Source: an uncultured Chloroflexia bacterium (GTDB lineage: Bacteria > Chloroflexota > Limnocylindria > Limnocylindrales > CSP1-4). Taken from it: DNA of 64,000 nt. Location of the stretch: positions 736,001-800,000 of the forward strand of contig OY970218.1 of NCBI GenBank assembly GCA_963713975.1. The letters run 5' to 3'. Under the pieces are notes generated by a model. That model saw nothing but the letters and a program-made list of their open reading frames with translations, had not been told where the DNA came from and ran no database searches. The position numbers and the translations under genes were made by a program. Shown here one piece after another: positions 35,198-46,000 of this stretch; positions within the stretch are counted from its first letter, which is position 1; each line of letters starts with the position of its first letter.

Positions 35198-36229
35198 ATG
35201 AGCGGCTTCACCCTCAGGGACCCGGACAACATCGGCGTCGCGGTGCTCGGCGCCGGCAGGATGGGAAGGGTCCACGTTCGCAACCTGGGTGCCATCCCCA
35301 ACGCGAACGTCGTCGTGGTCGCGGACCCGGACGCCGCGGCGGCGGAGGCCGGCCGCGTCCTCGCGGGCGCCCGGCGGGCGACAGCCAACCCGCTCGACGC
35401 CATCAACGACCCCGATGTCGAGGCCGTCGTCATCAACACCCCGACCACAACCCACGCCACCTACATCGAGGCAGCTCTGCGGGCAGGCAAGGCCGTCTGG
35501 ACCGAGAAGCCGATCGCGCAGGAGCTTGCCGACACGGCCAGGATCGTCGACCTGTGGCGCGAGACCGGGCTCCCGGTCCAGGTCGGCTTCATGCGCCGCT
35601 TCGATCCCGGCTACGTCCGGGCCAAGGAGCTGATCGACTCCGGCGAGCTCGGCCGCATCGAGCAGTTCCGTGCCCTCTCGCGGGACACCAACCCGCCGCC
35701 CCTCGAGTTCCTGCTGACCTGCGGCGGTTCGTTCCTGGACATGTCCGTCCACGACCTGGACGTGGCCCGGTTCCTGGTCGGCGAGGTGGAGGAGGTCCAT
35801 GCCTGGGCCTCGGTCCTGTTCGACGACCGCTTCGCCAAGGCCGACGACTGGGACACCTCCGTGATCATGATGAAGTTCCGCAACGGGGCGCTGGGCGTCA
35901 TCGAGACCGCCCGCCACTCCAAGTGGGGCTATGACATCCGGGCCGAGGTCGCAGGGGCCGTGGGCAAGGTCGTCGTGGACGGCGGCCAGAAGACACCGGC
36001 AGTCCACTTCCGCAACGTGGCCACGGAGAGCGACCTCTACGGCGACTTCATGGATCGTTTCGAGATCGCCTACCGGCGCGAGCTGGAGGTGTTCTTCGAC
36101 GACCTTGGCGCAGGCCGGCCGGTGGGTCCGGGTCCGGACGACGCCCTCGAGACGCTCCGCCTCGCCGTGGCCTGCACCCGCAGCTGGCGCGAGAACCGGC
36201 CCGTCCGCCTCGACGAGGTCACCGCGTAG
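35198..36229 (+). CDS. iolG: Inositol 2-dehydrogenase-like Gfo/Idh/MocA oxidoreductase
   Basis: GAGRMG, TEKPIA, VGFMRRFDP, DMSVHDLD, GYDIRAEVAG, FMDRFEIAY. Neighbours iolD. Confidence 0.85.
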   Translation: MSGFTLRDPDNIGVAVLGAGRMGRVHVRNLGAIPNANVVVVADPDAAAAEAGRVLAGARRATANPLDAINDPDVEAVVINTPTTTHATYIEAALRAGKAVWTEKPIAQELADTARIVDLWRETGLPVQVGFMRRFDPGYVRAKELIDSGELGRIEQFRALSRDTNPPPLEFLLTCGGSFLDMSVHDLDVARFLVGEVEEVHAWASVLFDDRFAKADDWDTSVIMMKFRNGALGVIETARHSKWGYDIRAEVAGAVGKVVVDGGQKTPAVHFRNVATESDLYGDFMDRFEIAYRRELEVFFDDLGAGRPVGPGPDDALETLRLAVACTRSWRENRPVRLDEVTA

Positions 36230-36270
36230 TAGTCCACTTGGCTGGGTCGCGGCGGCCCCAGCCCGGGGAT

Positions 36271-36438
36271 GAGCCGCTGGGCGGTTCTACCGTCGGGTGT
36301 AGTGCCGTCTGCGCCGTCTGGCGGCACGCCTGTCGGACGAGGGGCGCCCGCGAGGCGACGAACGTGCCGCCCAGCGACCGGATCGCGGGCTGACCCGACC
36401 ATACAACCGCTGCGCGGCGCAGGTGGGGCACCTGCCGG
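36271..36438 (+). repeat. Dispersed intergenic palindromic repeat, copy 3 of 4
   Basis: Core 36275-36417 (143 bp). Ends gcggttctaccgtcgggt and acccgaccatacaaccgc form an imperfect inverted repeat. Confidence 0.88.
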
Positions 36439-37267
36439 GGCGCGGAGAATGGACCAACTGCCGGAGCAGCGGGCCCAACACGGGTTGGCTGGTTGCGGTC
36501 CCGCGCGACCGTGCGTGCGGATCGGCGTCGACTGCGGCGGGCGTTGACGAGCCCGACTCCCCTATCGAGCCACTCACCGGCCGGCAGGCTCGAGCAGGAA
36601 CCGCTCAAGGCCGATCCCGTCGCCACCAACGAGGAGCGGCCGGATCGGGCCCAGGCCGGCTGGACCGCGGCGACCACGCCAACCGGGTCGGACCTGACTG
36701 GGCAGGGCCGGGTCCTCGCGTCGAGAGCCTTCACCAAGGTCATCAGCAAGGTGACCCATGCGGGCGGGTGGTTGCGCGGCCTGTTGCCGCCATGGTCTGC
36801 CGCGGCGTCTATGCTGGCGAGTACGTGGGCATCATTGGCAACGGGATCGTGGCGCGCTTCTGCCTGCCCACTGGCCAAGGCATGGATGCCATCCGGTTCA
36901 TTGGTTTCATGAGCCCCTGATGCGGACGCCATCCGCGATACCGACTACGGGGTGGACCTTCGGCTTGCGGATGCCATCATCGGCATCCAGACGAGGCACG
37001 TATATGCCCTGGAGGTCGCTGGCGTCTCGGTTGCGTCGCGACATCCCACGGCCATCAGCGTCGCGGGATCAGGTGTAGCACCGTGGGCCGCAGCGGTGGG
37101 AAGCCCACTGCTCGGCATCCGGACTGCGGCCGCACTGTCGTCGGGTGAGCCCTGGCTCCTTCAGTTGCGCTTCGCCACAACCACCGTGCATGTGGCTGCG
37201 GCGACTCTGCTGCCCGGTGAGGGGCGACTGCTCCCCGGGGCCGTCGGACGCCCGACGCACGCGCCAG

Positions 37268-37321
37268 AGATGCACATTACGCATCTTGACACCATGGTGG
37301 TTGCGCATTACGCTACCGCCG
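37268..37321 (+). promoter_or_regulatory. Sigma70-type leaderless promoter of the IclR gene with an overlapping palindrome
   Basis: TTGACA (37286-37291), 17-bp spacer, TACGCT (37309-37314), 7 nt to ATG. agatgc-N7-gcatct (37268-37286) touches the -35 box. Confidence 0.75.
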
Positions 37322-38095
37322 ATGGAGACCATCCAGTCACTCGAACGGGGCCTGCGCATCCTGGACGCGCTGGCAGAAGCGGACGCGGATCCGATGCGCC
37401 GGGGCAGGGGCATCCCGATCTCCGCCCTCGCAGCGGAGCTCGCGGTCCACAAGACGACCGCCCTCCGCCTGGTCCAGACGCTCGTGACCATGGGCTACGC
37501 GACACCCGCGGAACCACACGGCTACGTGCTGGGCGGTGCGATGCGCCGGGACGCCGGGCTCACGATCGGGACCCAGCGCCTCCGGCGGGCCGCCCGGCCG
37601 TTCCTCGAGCAGCTGGTGGACCTCACGGGCGAGTGCGCCCACGTCGCGGTCGCTGACGCGGATCGGGCGCTGGTGATCGACGACGTGGAGACGGACCATC
37701 CGCTGCGCGTCGTTGCGGTCCGGGGGCGCCACGTCGCGCTCCACTGCACGTCGGCCGGCAAGTGCCTGCTCGCGTACGGCCTCGCCGAGCCGCCGGCCTC
37801 ACTCCCGGCCCGGACCCCGAACACGATCACGACGCCGGGCGCCCTCCAGGCGCACCTCGCCCGGATCCGCGACCTCGGGTATGCGTTCGACGACGAGGAG
37901 AACGACGCCTACACGCGCTGCATCTCGGCCCCGGTGTATGGGCCGGACGGGGCGGCCATCGGCTGCATCGGGATCGACGCACCGAGCGTCCGCCTCACCA
38001 CAGACAGGATCGAGCAAACCGCGGCACACGTCGTCGACGTCGCCCGCAGGCTTTCGGCAGCACTGGCAACGGCAACAACGGCAAGGTCGGCCTGA
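37322..38095 (+). CDS. IclR-family transcriptional regulator
   Basis: IQSLERGLRILDAL, HKTTALRLVQTL, LHCTSAGKCLLA, GYAFDDEE, CISAPV. Confidence 0.93.
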   Translation: METIQSLERGLRILDALAEADADPMRRGRGIPISALAAELAVHKTTALRLVQTLVTMGYATPAEPHGYVLGGAMRRDAGLTIGTQRLRRAARPFLEQLVDLTGECAHVAVADADRALVIDDVETDHPLRVVAVRGRHVALHCTSAGKCLLAYGLAEPPASLPARTPNTITTPGALQAHLARIRDLGYAFDDEENDAYTRCISAPVYGPDGAAIGCIGIDAPSVRLTTDRIEQTAAHVVDVARRLSAALATATTARSA

Positions 38096-38135
38096 CGGCC
38101 CGCCGGCACCCCGCAACATCTCGGAGGAATTGGGC

Positions 38136-40046
38136 GTGGCAACGATTCGACTCACCACCGGGCAGGCGGTCATCAACTACCTGGCCAACCAGTACGTCGA
38201 GCGGGATGGTGTCGAGCATCGCTTCTTCGGCGGCCTGTGGGGGATCTTCGGGCACGGCAACATCGGTGGCGTCGCCCAGGCGATCCAGCAGGCGGAAGCG
38301 GGGTTCCCGTACTACCTGTGCCGCAACGAGCAGGCGATGGTCCACACGGCCGTCGGCTACGCCAAGCTCAAGAACCGCCTCGGCGCATTCGCCTGCCTGA
38401 CCTCCATCGGGCCGGGCGCCACCAACATGGTCACGGGCGCGGCATCCGCGACGATCAACCACGTCCCGGTGCTGCTGCTCGCGGGTGACGCCTTCGCGGA
38501 GCGGGTCCAGTCGCCGGTCCTCCAGCAGCTGGAGCACCCGGCGTCGCAGGACACGAGCGCGAACGACACCTTCCGCCCGGTGGTCCGCTACTGGGACCGC
38601 ATCAATCGTCCGGAGCAGGTGATCACGGCGCTGCCCGAGGTCATGCGTGTCCTCACCTCGCCCGCCGACACGGGCGCCGTCTTCCTGGGCCTGCCCCAGG
38701 ACATCCAGACCTACGCGTTCGACTTCCCCGAGGAGATGTTCGTCAAGCGGGTCTGGTCGATCCCGCGCAACCGTCCGGACCGGAGCCTCGTGGAGGCCGC
38801 GGCCCGATGGATCCGTGAAAGCCGGCGCCCGGTGATCTTCGCCGGCGGTGGCGTCCGCTACAGCGAGGCCACCGATGCCCTGCGCGCCTTTGCCGAGCAG
38901 ACGGGTATCCCGGTTGCCGAGACGCACGCCGGGAAGGGCTCCCTCCCGTACGACCACCCCCTGAGCCTCGGCGGTGCCGGCGTCTCCGGGACGCTCGCGG
39001 CCAACAACATCGCGCCCGAGGCCGACCTGGTGATCGGCATCGGCACGAGGTTCACCGACTTCCCGACCGCGTCCAAGACCGCGTTCCAGGACCCGGGCGT
39101 CCGGTTCATCAACATCAACGTGGCCGAGTTCGACGCCTTCAAGCACGCAGCGGTGCCGCTCGTGGGCGATGCCCGTGCCACGCTGGAGGAGCTCTCGCTC
39201 GCCGTCGGCGACTTCTCGACCGCGCCCGAGTACCGCGCCCGCGTGACCGAGCTCAACCGCGAGTGGGACGCCGAGGTGGACCGGGTGTATGCCCACAGCG
39301 TGGGCGACATCCTCACCCAGGGCGAGGTCATCGGCGCCGTGGAGGCATCGTCCGGCCCCCGCGACGTGGTCGTGACCTCGGCCGGCAGCCTTCCGGGCGA
39401 CCTGCTCAAGCTGTGGCGCTCGCGCGACGCCGCCAGCTACCAGGTGGAGTACGGCTACTCGACCATGGGCTACGAGATCGCGGGCGGCCTCGGAGCCAAG
39501 CAGGCAGCACCCGACCGAGAGGTCTACGTGATGGTCGGCGACGGCTCGTTCCAGATGATGAGCAACGAGATCACCACCGCAGTCCAGGAAGGCCTCAAGC
39601 TCATCGTCGTCATCGTCGACAACAAGGGGTTCTCAAGCGTCGGGCGCGTGTCGGAGCAGGTCGGGGCCGAGGGCTTCGGCTGCCACTACCGGCTCCGCGG
39701 GCCGTCCGGGGCGTACGACGGACCCGTGATCCAGCTCGATTTCGTCAGGATCTGCCAGGGGATGGGTGCCAAGGCCCTCGAGGTCAGGACGCTCCCCGAG
39801 CTCCGGGCAGCTCTCCAGGATGCCCGCGCCGGCACCGAAACGGTCTGCATCGTGGTCCAGACGGACTGGGACGAGCGAGTCGGTGGCTATGCCAACTCCT
39901 GGTGGGAGATGGCGACGCCGCAGGTGTCGGAGATGCCCGCCGTCAACGCCGCGCGCGAGGAGTTCGACCGCAACAAGGGCCGCCAGCGGTACCTGATGAT
40001 CCCGGGTGCGCCGTTCCAGCAGGCCGGCCCCGAGAGCGACTCGTAG
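38136..40046 (+). CDS. iolD: 3D-(3,5/4)-trihydroxycyclohexane-1,2-dione acylhydrolase (ThDP-dependent)
   Basis: IRLTTGQA, IFGHGN, RNEQAMVH, SIGPGATNMVT, RYWDRINRPEQ, AGSLPGDL, EYGYSTMGYEIAGGLG. Confidence 0.93.
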   Translation: MATIRLTTGQAVINYLANQYVERDGVEHRFFGGLWGIFGHGNIGGVAQAIQQAEAGFPYYLCRNEQAMVHTAVGYAKLKNRLGAFACLTSIGPGATNMVTGAASATINHVPVLLLAGDAFAERVQSPVLQQLEHPASQDTSANDTFRPVVRYWDRINRPEQVITALPEVMRVLTSPADTGAVFLGLPQDIQTYAFDFPEEMFVKRVWSIPRNRPDRSLVEAAARWIRESRRPVIFAGGGVRYSEATDALRAFAEQTGIPVAETHAGKGSLPYDHPLSLGGAGVSGTLAANNIAPEADLVIGIGTRFTDFPTASKTAFQDPGVRFININVAEFDAFKHAAVPLVGDARATLEELSLAVGDFSTAPEYRARVTELNREWDAEVDRVYAHSVGDILTQGEVIGAVEASSGPRDVVVTSAGSLPGDLLKLWRSRDAASYQVEYGYSTMGYEIAGGLGAKQAAPDREVYVMVGDGSFQMMSNEITTAVQEGLKLIVVIVDNKGFSSVGRVSEQVGAEGFGCHYRLRGPSGAYDGPVIQLDFVRICQGMGAKALEVRTLPELRAALQDARAGTETVCIVVQTDWDERVGGYANSWWEMATPQVSEMPAVNAAREEFDRNKGRQRYLMIPGAPFQQAGPESDS

Positions 40047-40053
40047 GCCGGCC

Positions 40054-41142
40054 ATGAACACCAGCAACGCCGAGGCCGGCACCCTCCTCCGGGTGGTCAC
40101 CTCCATGCCGACCGAGATCTGGGACGATTCCTGCGTGGCCGGGGAGCTCGAGTACGCCATCGCGAACGGCGCCACCGGCGCCACCTCCAACCCCAGCCTC
40201 GTGCTGGACGTGCTGCGCCAGGAGCCGGAGCCGTGGGCCCGCCGGGCACGCGAGCTGTACGCCGCGCTCCCGGCGGCGACGGAGGCGGACCTCGCGTGGC
40301 GGATCGCCGAGGAGATCGCGGTCAGGGGGGCCGCGCTCCTGGAGCCGGTCTTCCGGGAGACGGGGGGACGGCGCGGGCGCCTCTCGATCCAGGTCAGCCC
40401 CGTGCTCTACCGCGATGCCGCGGCGATGGTCGAGCAGGCCACCCACTTCGCGGGTCTCGCCCCCAACCTGCAGGTGAAGCTGCCGGTGACCACCGCCGGC
40501 CTGACGGCGATCGAGGAGACAACGGCCCGCGGGATCAACATCAACGCGACGGTCAACTTCACGGTGCCCGGCGCCATCGCGGTCGCGGATGCCGTGGAGC
40601 GAGGGCTGGCGCGCCGCGAGGCCGATGGCCACGACGTCACGGCGATGCACCCGGTCTGCACCCTGATGGTCGGGCGACTCGAGGACTGGATGAAGGTCGT
40701 GTGCGCGCGCGACGGCATCCTGCTCACGCCCGGCGTCGCGGACTGGGCGGGCGTGGCCGCCTTCAAGCGCGCTTATGGGATCTACCGCGAGCGCGGCTAC
40801 CGGACCCGCCTCCTGGGCGGCGCGTTCCGCAACCACCTTCCCTGGTCTCAGCTCATCGGCGGCGACATCGTCCTGACGATCCCGCCGGCCTGGCAGCGGC
40901 TGGTCAACGCATCCTCGCTCGAGGTGGTGTCCCGGATCGACGAGCCGGTCGACGATGCAATCATTGGCGAGCTGCTCGAGGCCATCCCGGACTTCCGCCG
41001 CGCCTATGAGCCCGACGGCCTCGCGCCGGAGGAGCTCGAGGGCTACGGTGCGGCAGTCCGGACCCTCCGCCAGTTCGTCACCGCCTATCACGACCTGCAG
41101 GGCCGCATCCGCGACATCGTCCTGCCCGATCCCGATCGATAA
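40054..41142 (+). CDS. Transaldolase-family protein
   Basis: WDDSC, GATSNP, Schiff-base Lys in QVKLPVT, INATVNF, MVGRLEDW. Confidence 0.85.
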   Translation: MNTSNAEAGTLLRVVTSMPTEIWDDSCVAGELEYAIANGATGATSNPSLVLDVLRQEPEPWARRARELYAALPAATEADLAWRIAEEIAVRGAALLEPVFRETGGRRGRLSIQVSPVLYRDAAAMVEQATHFAGLAPNLQVKLPVTTAGLTAIEETTARGININATVNFTVPGAIAVADAVERGLARREADGHDVTAMHPVCTLMVGRLEDWMKVVCARDGILLTPGVADWAGVAAFKRAYGIYRERGYRTRLLGGAFRNHLPWSQLIGGDIVLTIPPAWQRLVNASSLEVVSRIDEPVDDAIIGELLEAIPDFRRAYEPDGLAPEELEGYGAAVRTLRQFVTAYHDLQGRIRDIVLPDPDR

Positions 41143-41167
41143 CCGGACACAAGGAGACTTGGACGTC

Positions 41168-42289
41168 ATGAGCGACAAGGTCCGCATCGGGGTCCTGGGA
41201 ACCAGCTGGTGGGCCGACGCCATGTACCTGCCGGCCCTCGCCAGGCACCCGCTCGCAGACGTGCGCGCCATCGCCGGGGGGAGCCGCCCGGCGCACACCC
41301 GCGAGGTCGCCGCGACCTGGGGAATCCCGGGAGCCTACGACTCGCTGGATGAGATGCTCGATGCCGAGGCGCTGGACGCCCTGCTCGTGCTCACCCCGAA
41401 CGCGAACCACTTCCAGTCCGTGATGGCCGGCCTCGCTCGCGGACTCCATGTCCTGTGCGAGAAGCCCCTGGCGATGTCGGCGGGCCAGGCCCGTGAGATG
41501 GTCGAGGCGGCCGAGCGGGCCGGGGTCACCACCATGGTGCCCTTCACCTACCGCTTCATGCCCGTCAACCGGTACCTCAAGGAGTTGATCGAGGAGGGGT
41601 ACATCGGGCGTCCGCATCACCTCAACCTGCGCTACTACACGGGCTACGGCATGTCCGGGGCCTACGCCTGGCGCTTCGATGCCGGCGAGGCGGGATCGGG
41701 CGTCTCGGGCGACCTCGGAGCGCACTGGGCCTACCTCGCCCGCTGGTTCTTCGGCGAGATCGAGGCCGTCACCGCCGTGTTCTCGCACACCGTTCCCCGG
41801 GCGCCTCGCCCCGATGGCGCCCCGTTCGAGGCGGCCGACGACACGGCCATGATCCTGCTCGAGTTCGAGAGCGGCGCCACCGGCTCGCTCCACGTCTCGT
41901 CGCTGGCTTACGAGCCCGGACCCTTCGGACAGCGCCACGAGGCGGACCTCCACGGCAGCGAGGGCACCCTGCATGCGATGACCGACTGGATCCGGACGCA
42001 GCGGGTGGAGGGCTGCCGCGTAGGCGATACGGAGATCGTCGAGCTCCCGATCCCCGACTCAGTGTTCGGAGATGCCCGGCGGGACACCGTCCACAACACG
42101 TACCGCGACACCTTCCGCGAGCACGACCACATGACCCGGGGCTTCGTCACCGCGATCGCGAGTGGCGAGGCCGCCTCGCCCGACTTCGGCGACGGACTGG
42201 CGGTCCAGCGGGTGCTCGAGGCCGCCGACCGCAGCGCCAGGCAGGGCCGCCGGGTCCGGATCGCGGAGATCGTGGCGGACGGCGGCTGA
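41168..42289 (+). CDS. Gfo/Idh/MocA-family oxidoreductase
   Basis: HVLCEKPLA, FTYRF, WRFD..EAGSGVSGDLGAH, SPDFGDG. Confidence 0.9.
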   Translation: MSDKVRIGVLGTSWWADAMYLPALARHPLADVRAIAGGSRPAHTREVAATWGIPGAYDSLDEMLDAEALDALLVLTPNANHFQSVMAGLARGLHVLCEKPLAMSAGQAREMVEAAERAGVTTMVPFTYRFMPVNRYLKELIEEGYIGRPHHLNLRYYTGYGMSGAYAWRFDAGEAGSGVSGDLGAHWAYLARWFFGEIEAVTAVFSHTVPRAPRPDGAPFEAADDTAMILLEFESGATGSLHVSSLAYEPGPFGQRHEADLHGSEGTLHAMTDWIRTQRVEGCRVGDTEIVELPIPDSVFGDARRDTVHNTYRDTFREHDHMTRGFVTAIASGEAASPDFGDGLAVQRVLEAADRSARQGRRVRIAEIVADGG

Positions 42290-42371
42290 CGGCGTGATCC
42301 GCCGCCCGCAGGCCAATGCATCGTTTCCTGACGCCCGCACGGGCCGCCCGGCCCCCCGGTCGCGCCATTGG

Positions 42372-42426
42372 CAGGACCTTCCCCGTCCTGATAGCCCTTA
42401 TCCGGAGGATCGCCGGAACCTAGGCT
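42372..42426 (+). promoter_or_regulatory. Putative hox promoter with an upstream palindrome
   Basis: caggac-N7-gtcctg (42372-42390) and TAGGCT (42421-42426). Confidence 0.3.
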
Positions 42427-42502
42427 GACGCCATCGCCGTGCTTCATGTGGGCCACGTCACTGCACCGGCCCGCGAAGTGCGGCCTTCCCTTGGAGGGCT
42501 CG

Positions 42503-43036
42503 ATGGCCATGGGACTGGTGTCGGCGCTGCCGCGCATTGAGGATCAGGACCTGATCGACCGGATCATCGGCGACCAGGCCGGACGACCCGGCGCCCTGCT
42601 GGGCATCCTCGAGAAGCTCCAGGAGAACCACCGCCACAAGTACCTTCCAATGGAGACGCTGGAGTACGTGGCCGCGCGCACGGGCGTCCCGCAGTCGCAG
42701 GTCTACGGCGTCGCGACGTTCTATGCGCTGTTCAACCTCGACCCCCAGGGCACGCACACCGTGGCCATCTGCCGGGGGACGGCCTGCCACACGCGCGGAT
42801 CGCGGGCACTGCTCGAGCGCGTGAAGCTCCAGCTCGGCCTGCAGGAGACCCGCGACGGCGCGGACAAGCTGACGCTCACCACGCCCGACCGGCGATTCAC
42901 GATCCGCACCGTGGCCTGCTTCGGACAGTGCGCGCTCGCCCCCGTGGTCGAGGTCGACCACGCGATCCGCGGGCACGTGAAGGAGCAGGCGCTGATGCGC
43001 GAGGTGGACGGCCTGCGCAAGGAGAGCGCGCGATGA
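42503..43036 (+). CDS. hoxE: NuoE/HoxE-like [2Fe-2S] diaphorase subunit
   Basis: VYGVATFY, ICRGTACH, VACFGQCALAP. Confidence 0.9.
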   Translation: MAMGLVSALPRIEDQDLIDRIIGDQAGRPGALLGILEKLQENHRHKYLPMETLEYVAARTGVPQSQVYGVATFYALFNLDPQGTHTVAICRGTACHTRGSRALLERVKLQLGLQETRDGADKLTLTTPDRRFTIRTVACFGQCALAPVVEVDHAIRGHVKEQALMREVDGLRKESAR

Positions 43037-46000
43037 GGATCCAGGACATCGCCGCATTCGCGACCGTGCGCGAGGCGGGTCTCGCGAAGCTCCTGCCCGA
43101 CAGGCCCCGGATCGCCGTCGGCATGGGCACCTGCGGCTCGGGCAACGGCGCCGAGGGCGTCTACAACGCCTTCTCGTCCGAGATCGACGCCCGCGGGCTT
43201 GCCGTGCAGCTGGCGCCGGTCGGCTGCTTCGGGTTCTGCGCCGAGGAGCCGCTCGTCAACGTCTGGGTGCCCGGCCGCCCCCTGCTGATCCTGCACCGCG
43301 TCCAGCCCAACCACGTGGACGCGATCCTGAACAGCCTGGGCCATGGCGAACCGCCGCCCGCCGAGATCGTGCTGTGCAAGATCGAGGAATGGGACCACCT
43401 CACCGGCCACATCAAGTACGGCTCGGGCTACCCGGACGTGCCCGCCTGGAACGAGGTCCCGTTCTTCGACGGCCAAGTCAAGATCGTCCTGCGGAACTGC
43501 GGCCTCATCAACCCCGACGACATCGAGGAGTACATCGCGATCGGCGGGTACCAGGCCCTGTACAAGGTGCTCATCGACCAGAACCCCGCCGGCGTGATCG
43601 AGCAGGTCAAGGCGGCGAAGCTGCGTGGCCGTGGCGGTGCCGGCTACCTGACCGGGAACAAGTGGGACTTCCTGTACAAGGCACCGGGCCCCGAGAAGTA
43701 CCTGATCTGCAATGCGGATGAGGGCGACCCGGGCGCCTACATGAATCGCAACGAGATCGAGTCGGACCCCCATGCCCTGCTCGAGGGGATGCTCATCGCC
43801 GGGTACGTCACCGGCGCGCCAAAGGGGATCATCTACGTCCGCGCCGAGTATCCGCTCGCGGTCATGCGTCTCGAGCGCGCGATCGAGCAGGCGCGTGCCT
43901 ACGGCGTCCTGGGCGTGAACGTGCTCGGGCGCGGCTTCGACTTCGAGATCGAGACGGTCGAGGGCGCCGGCGCCTTCGTGTGCGGTGAGGAGACGGCGCT
44001 GATCGCCTCGCTCGAGGGCCACTCCGGCCGACCGCGCTCACGCCCGCCGTTCCCGGCCCAGAAGGGCCTCTATGGCAAGCCGACCAACATCAACAACGTC
44101 GAGACCTGGTACAACATCGCGCCGATCGTCTCCAAGGGGCCGGCCTGGTTCACCGAGACCGGCAGCGCCAAGAGCGCCGGGACGAAGGTCTTCTCCCTGG
44201 TCGGCAAGGTGCGCAGCACCGGGCTCGTCGAGATGCCGCTCGGCACGCCGCTCGCGAAGTTCATCTACGACATCGGCGGTGGCAGCAGCGACGGCCGCGA
44301 GATCAAGGCCGTGCAGACGGGCGGACCGTCCGGCGGCTGCATCCCGGCGGACATGCTGGACACGCCGGTCGACTACGAGACGCTCGCCCAGCTCGGCTCG
44401 ATCATGGGCTCCGGCGGCATGGTGGTCATGGACGCCGACAACTGCATGGTCGACGTCGCCCGCTACTTCATCGAGTTCACGCACTCGGAGAGCTGCGGCA
44501 AGTGCGTCCCGTGCCGCGTGGGCCTCGACAAGGCGCTGCGCATGCTCAACCGGTTCACGGACGGCAGCGCCAGCACGGACGACCTCGCGACCCTCGACGA
44601 GCTGTGCCGCATGGTCCGTGACACGTCGCTGTGCGGACTGGGCCAGAGCGCGCCGAACCCCGTGCTGACGAGTCTGCGCCACTTCCGCCACGAGTTCGAG
44701 GACCACATCGTGGCCAAGCGCTGCCGGGCCGGCGTGTGCGAGGACCTGGCGCTCTCGCCGTGCGAGAACTCGTGCCCGTTGCACATGAACATCCCGCGCT
44801 TCCTGCAGCTGTACAAGGAGGGTCGCCTGGAGGACGCGTTCCTGTCGGTGATCCTCGACAACCCGCTACCGGCCTCGACCGGTCGCGTATGCCAGCACCC
44901 CTGCGACAACCGCTGCCGCCGGGCCGCCCTGGACGAGTCCGTGAACATGCGCGACGTCCATCGCCTGATCGCCGACGAGGTCCTGCTGTCCGATCGGTTC
45001 GACACGGTCGTCGAGCGGGTCCGCGAGCGGAGGCTCGAGCCCACCGGCCGCGAGGTCGCGATCGTGGGTTCCGGGCCGACCGGGCTGGCCTGCGCCTACT
45101 ACCTGGCGCTCTTCGGCCACAGCGTGGTGGTGTACGACTCGCGTCCGGCGGCGGGCGGCATGCTCCGCTATGCGCTCCCCGAGTACCGGCTCCCCAAGGC
45201 GGTGCTCGACAAGGAGGTCGAGCTGATCGAGCGCATGGGCGTCCGCTTCGAGTTCAACGTCAGCGTCGGCGACGACATCACCCTCAACGACCTGGCCCAC
45301 CAGTACGACGCGGTGTTCCTCGCGATCGGCACCTGGAAGGAGGCGTGGGTCTACCTGCCCGGCACCGAGCTCACGGGCGTGATCCCCGCCCTGCCGTTCC
45401 TGGAGGCAGTATCGCGCGACGAGGAGGTCCCGGTCAGGAAGCAGGTCGTGGTCATCGGCGGCGGCAACGCCGCCATCGACTCCGCGCGCACGGCGCGCCG
45501 GCTGGGTGCCGACGTGACGGTGGTCTACCGCCGCGAGCGCAAGGACATGCCGGCGATCCCCGAGGAGATCGAGGCGGCCGAGCACGAGGGTGTGACCATC
45601 ACCTACCTCGCCGCCCCGCACCGCATCGTCGGCGACGGGAACGGCCAGGTGCGCGCACTCGAGGCCGTCAGGACCCGGCTCGGCGAGTTCGACACGTCGG
45701 GCCGGCGCCGGCCGGTACTCACCGACGAGGTCATCCGCATCGAGTGCGACACCGTGATCCTCGCCGTGGGCGAGAAGGTCGATCCCGACTTCTGCCGGGC
45801 CTCGGGCCTGACCCTGAAGGAGGAGGGCACCATCGAGGTGGACCGCTACACGCTCGAGACGAGCCGGGAGCGGTTCTACGCCGGTGGCGACCTGATCAGC
45901 GGCTCGTCGAACGTCTCGAACGCCATGGGCTACGGCAAGAAGGCGGCACGGAATATCGACAAGAAGCTGATGGGCCAGAAGCGCTTCGCGAGCCTGTTCC

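Noticed and set aside
36271-36438. Dispersed repeat as a conserved small peptide gene (HPTVxPPSG recurs in several ORF translations)
   Set aside because: That frame has stops in copy 4 and a frameshift in copy 2. The peptide similarity simply follows from the DNA repeat.
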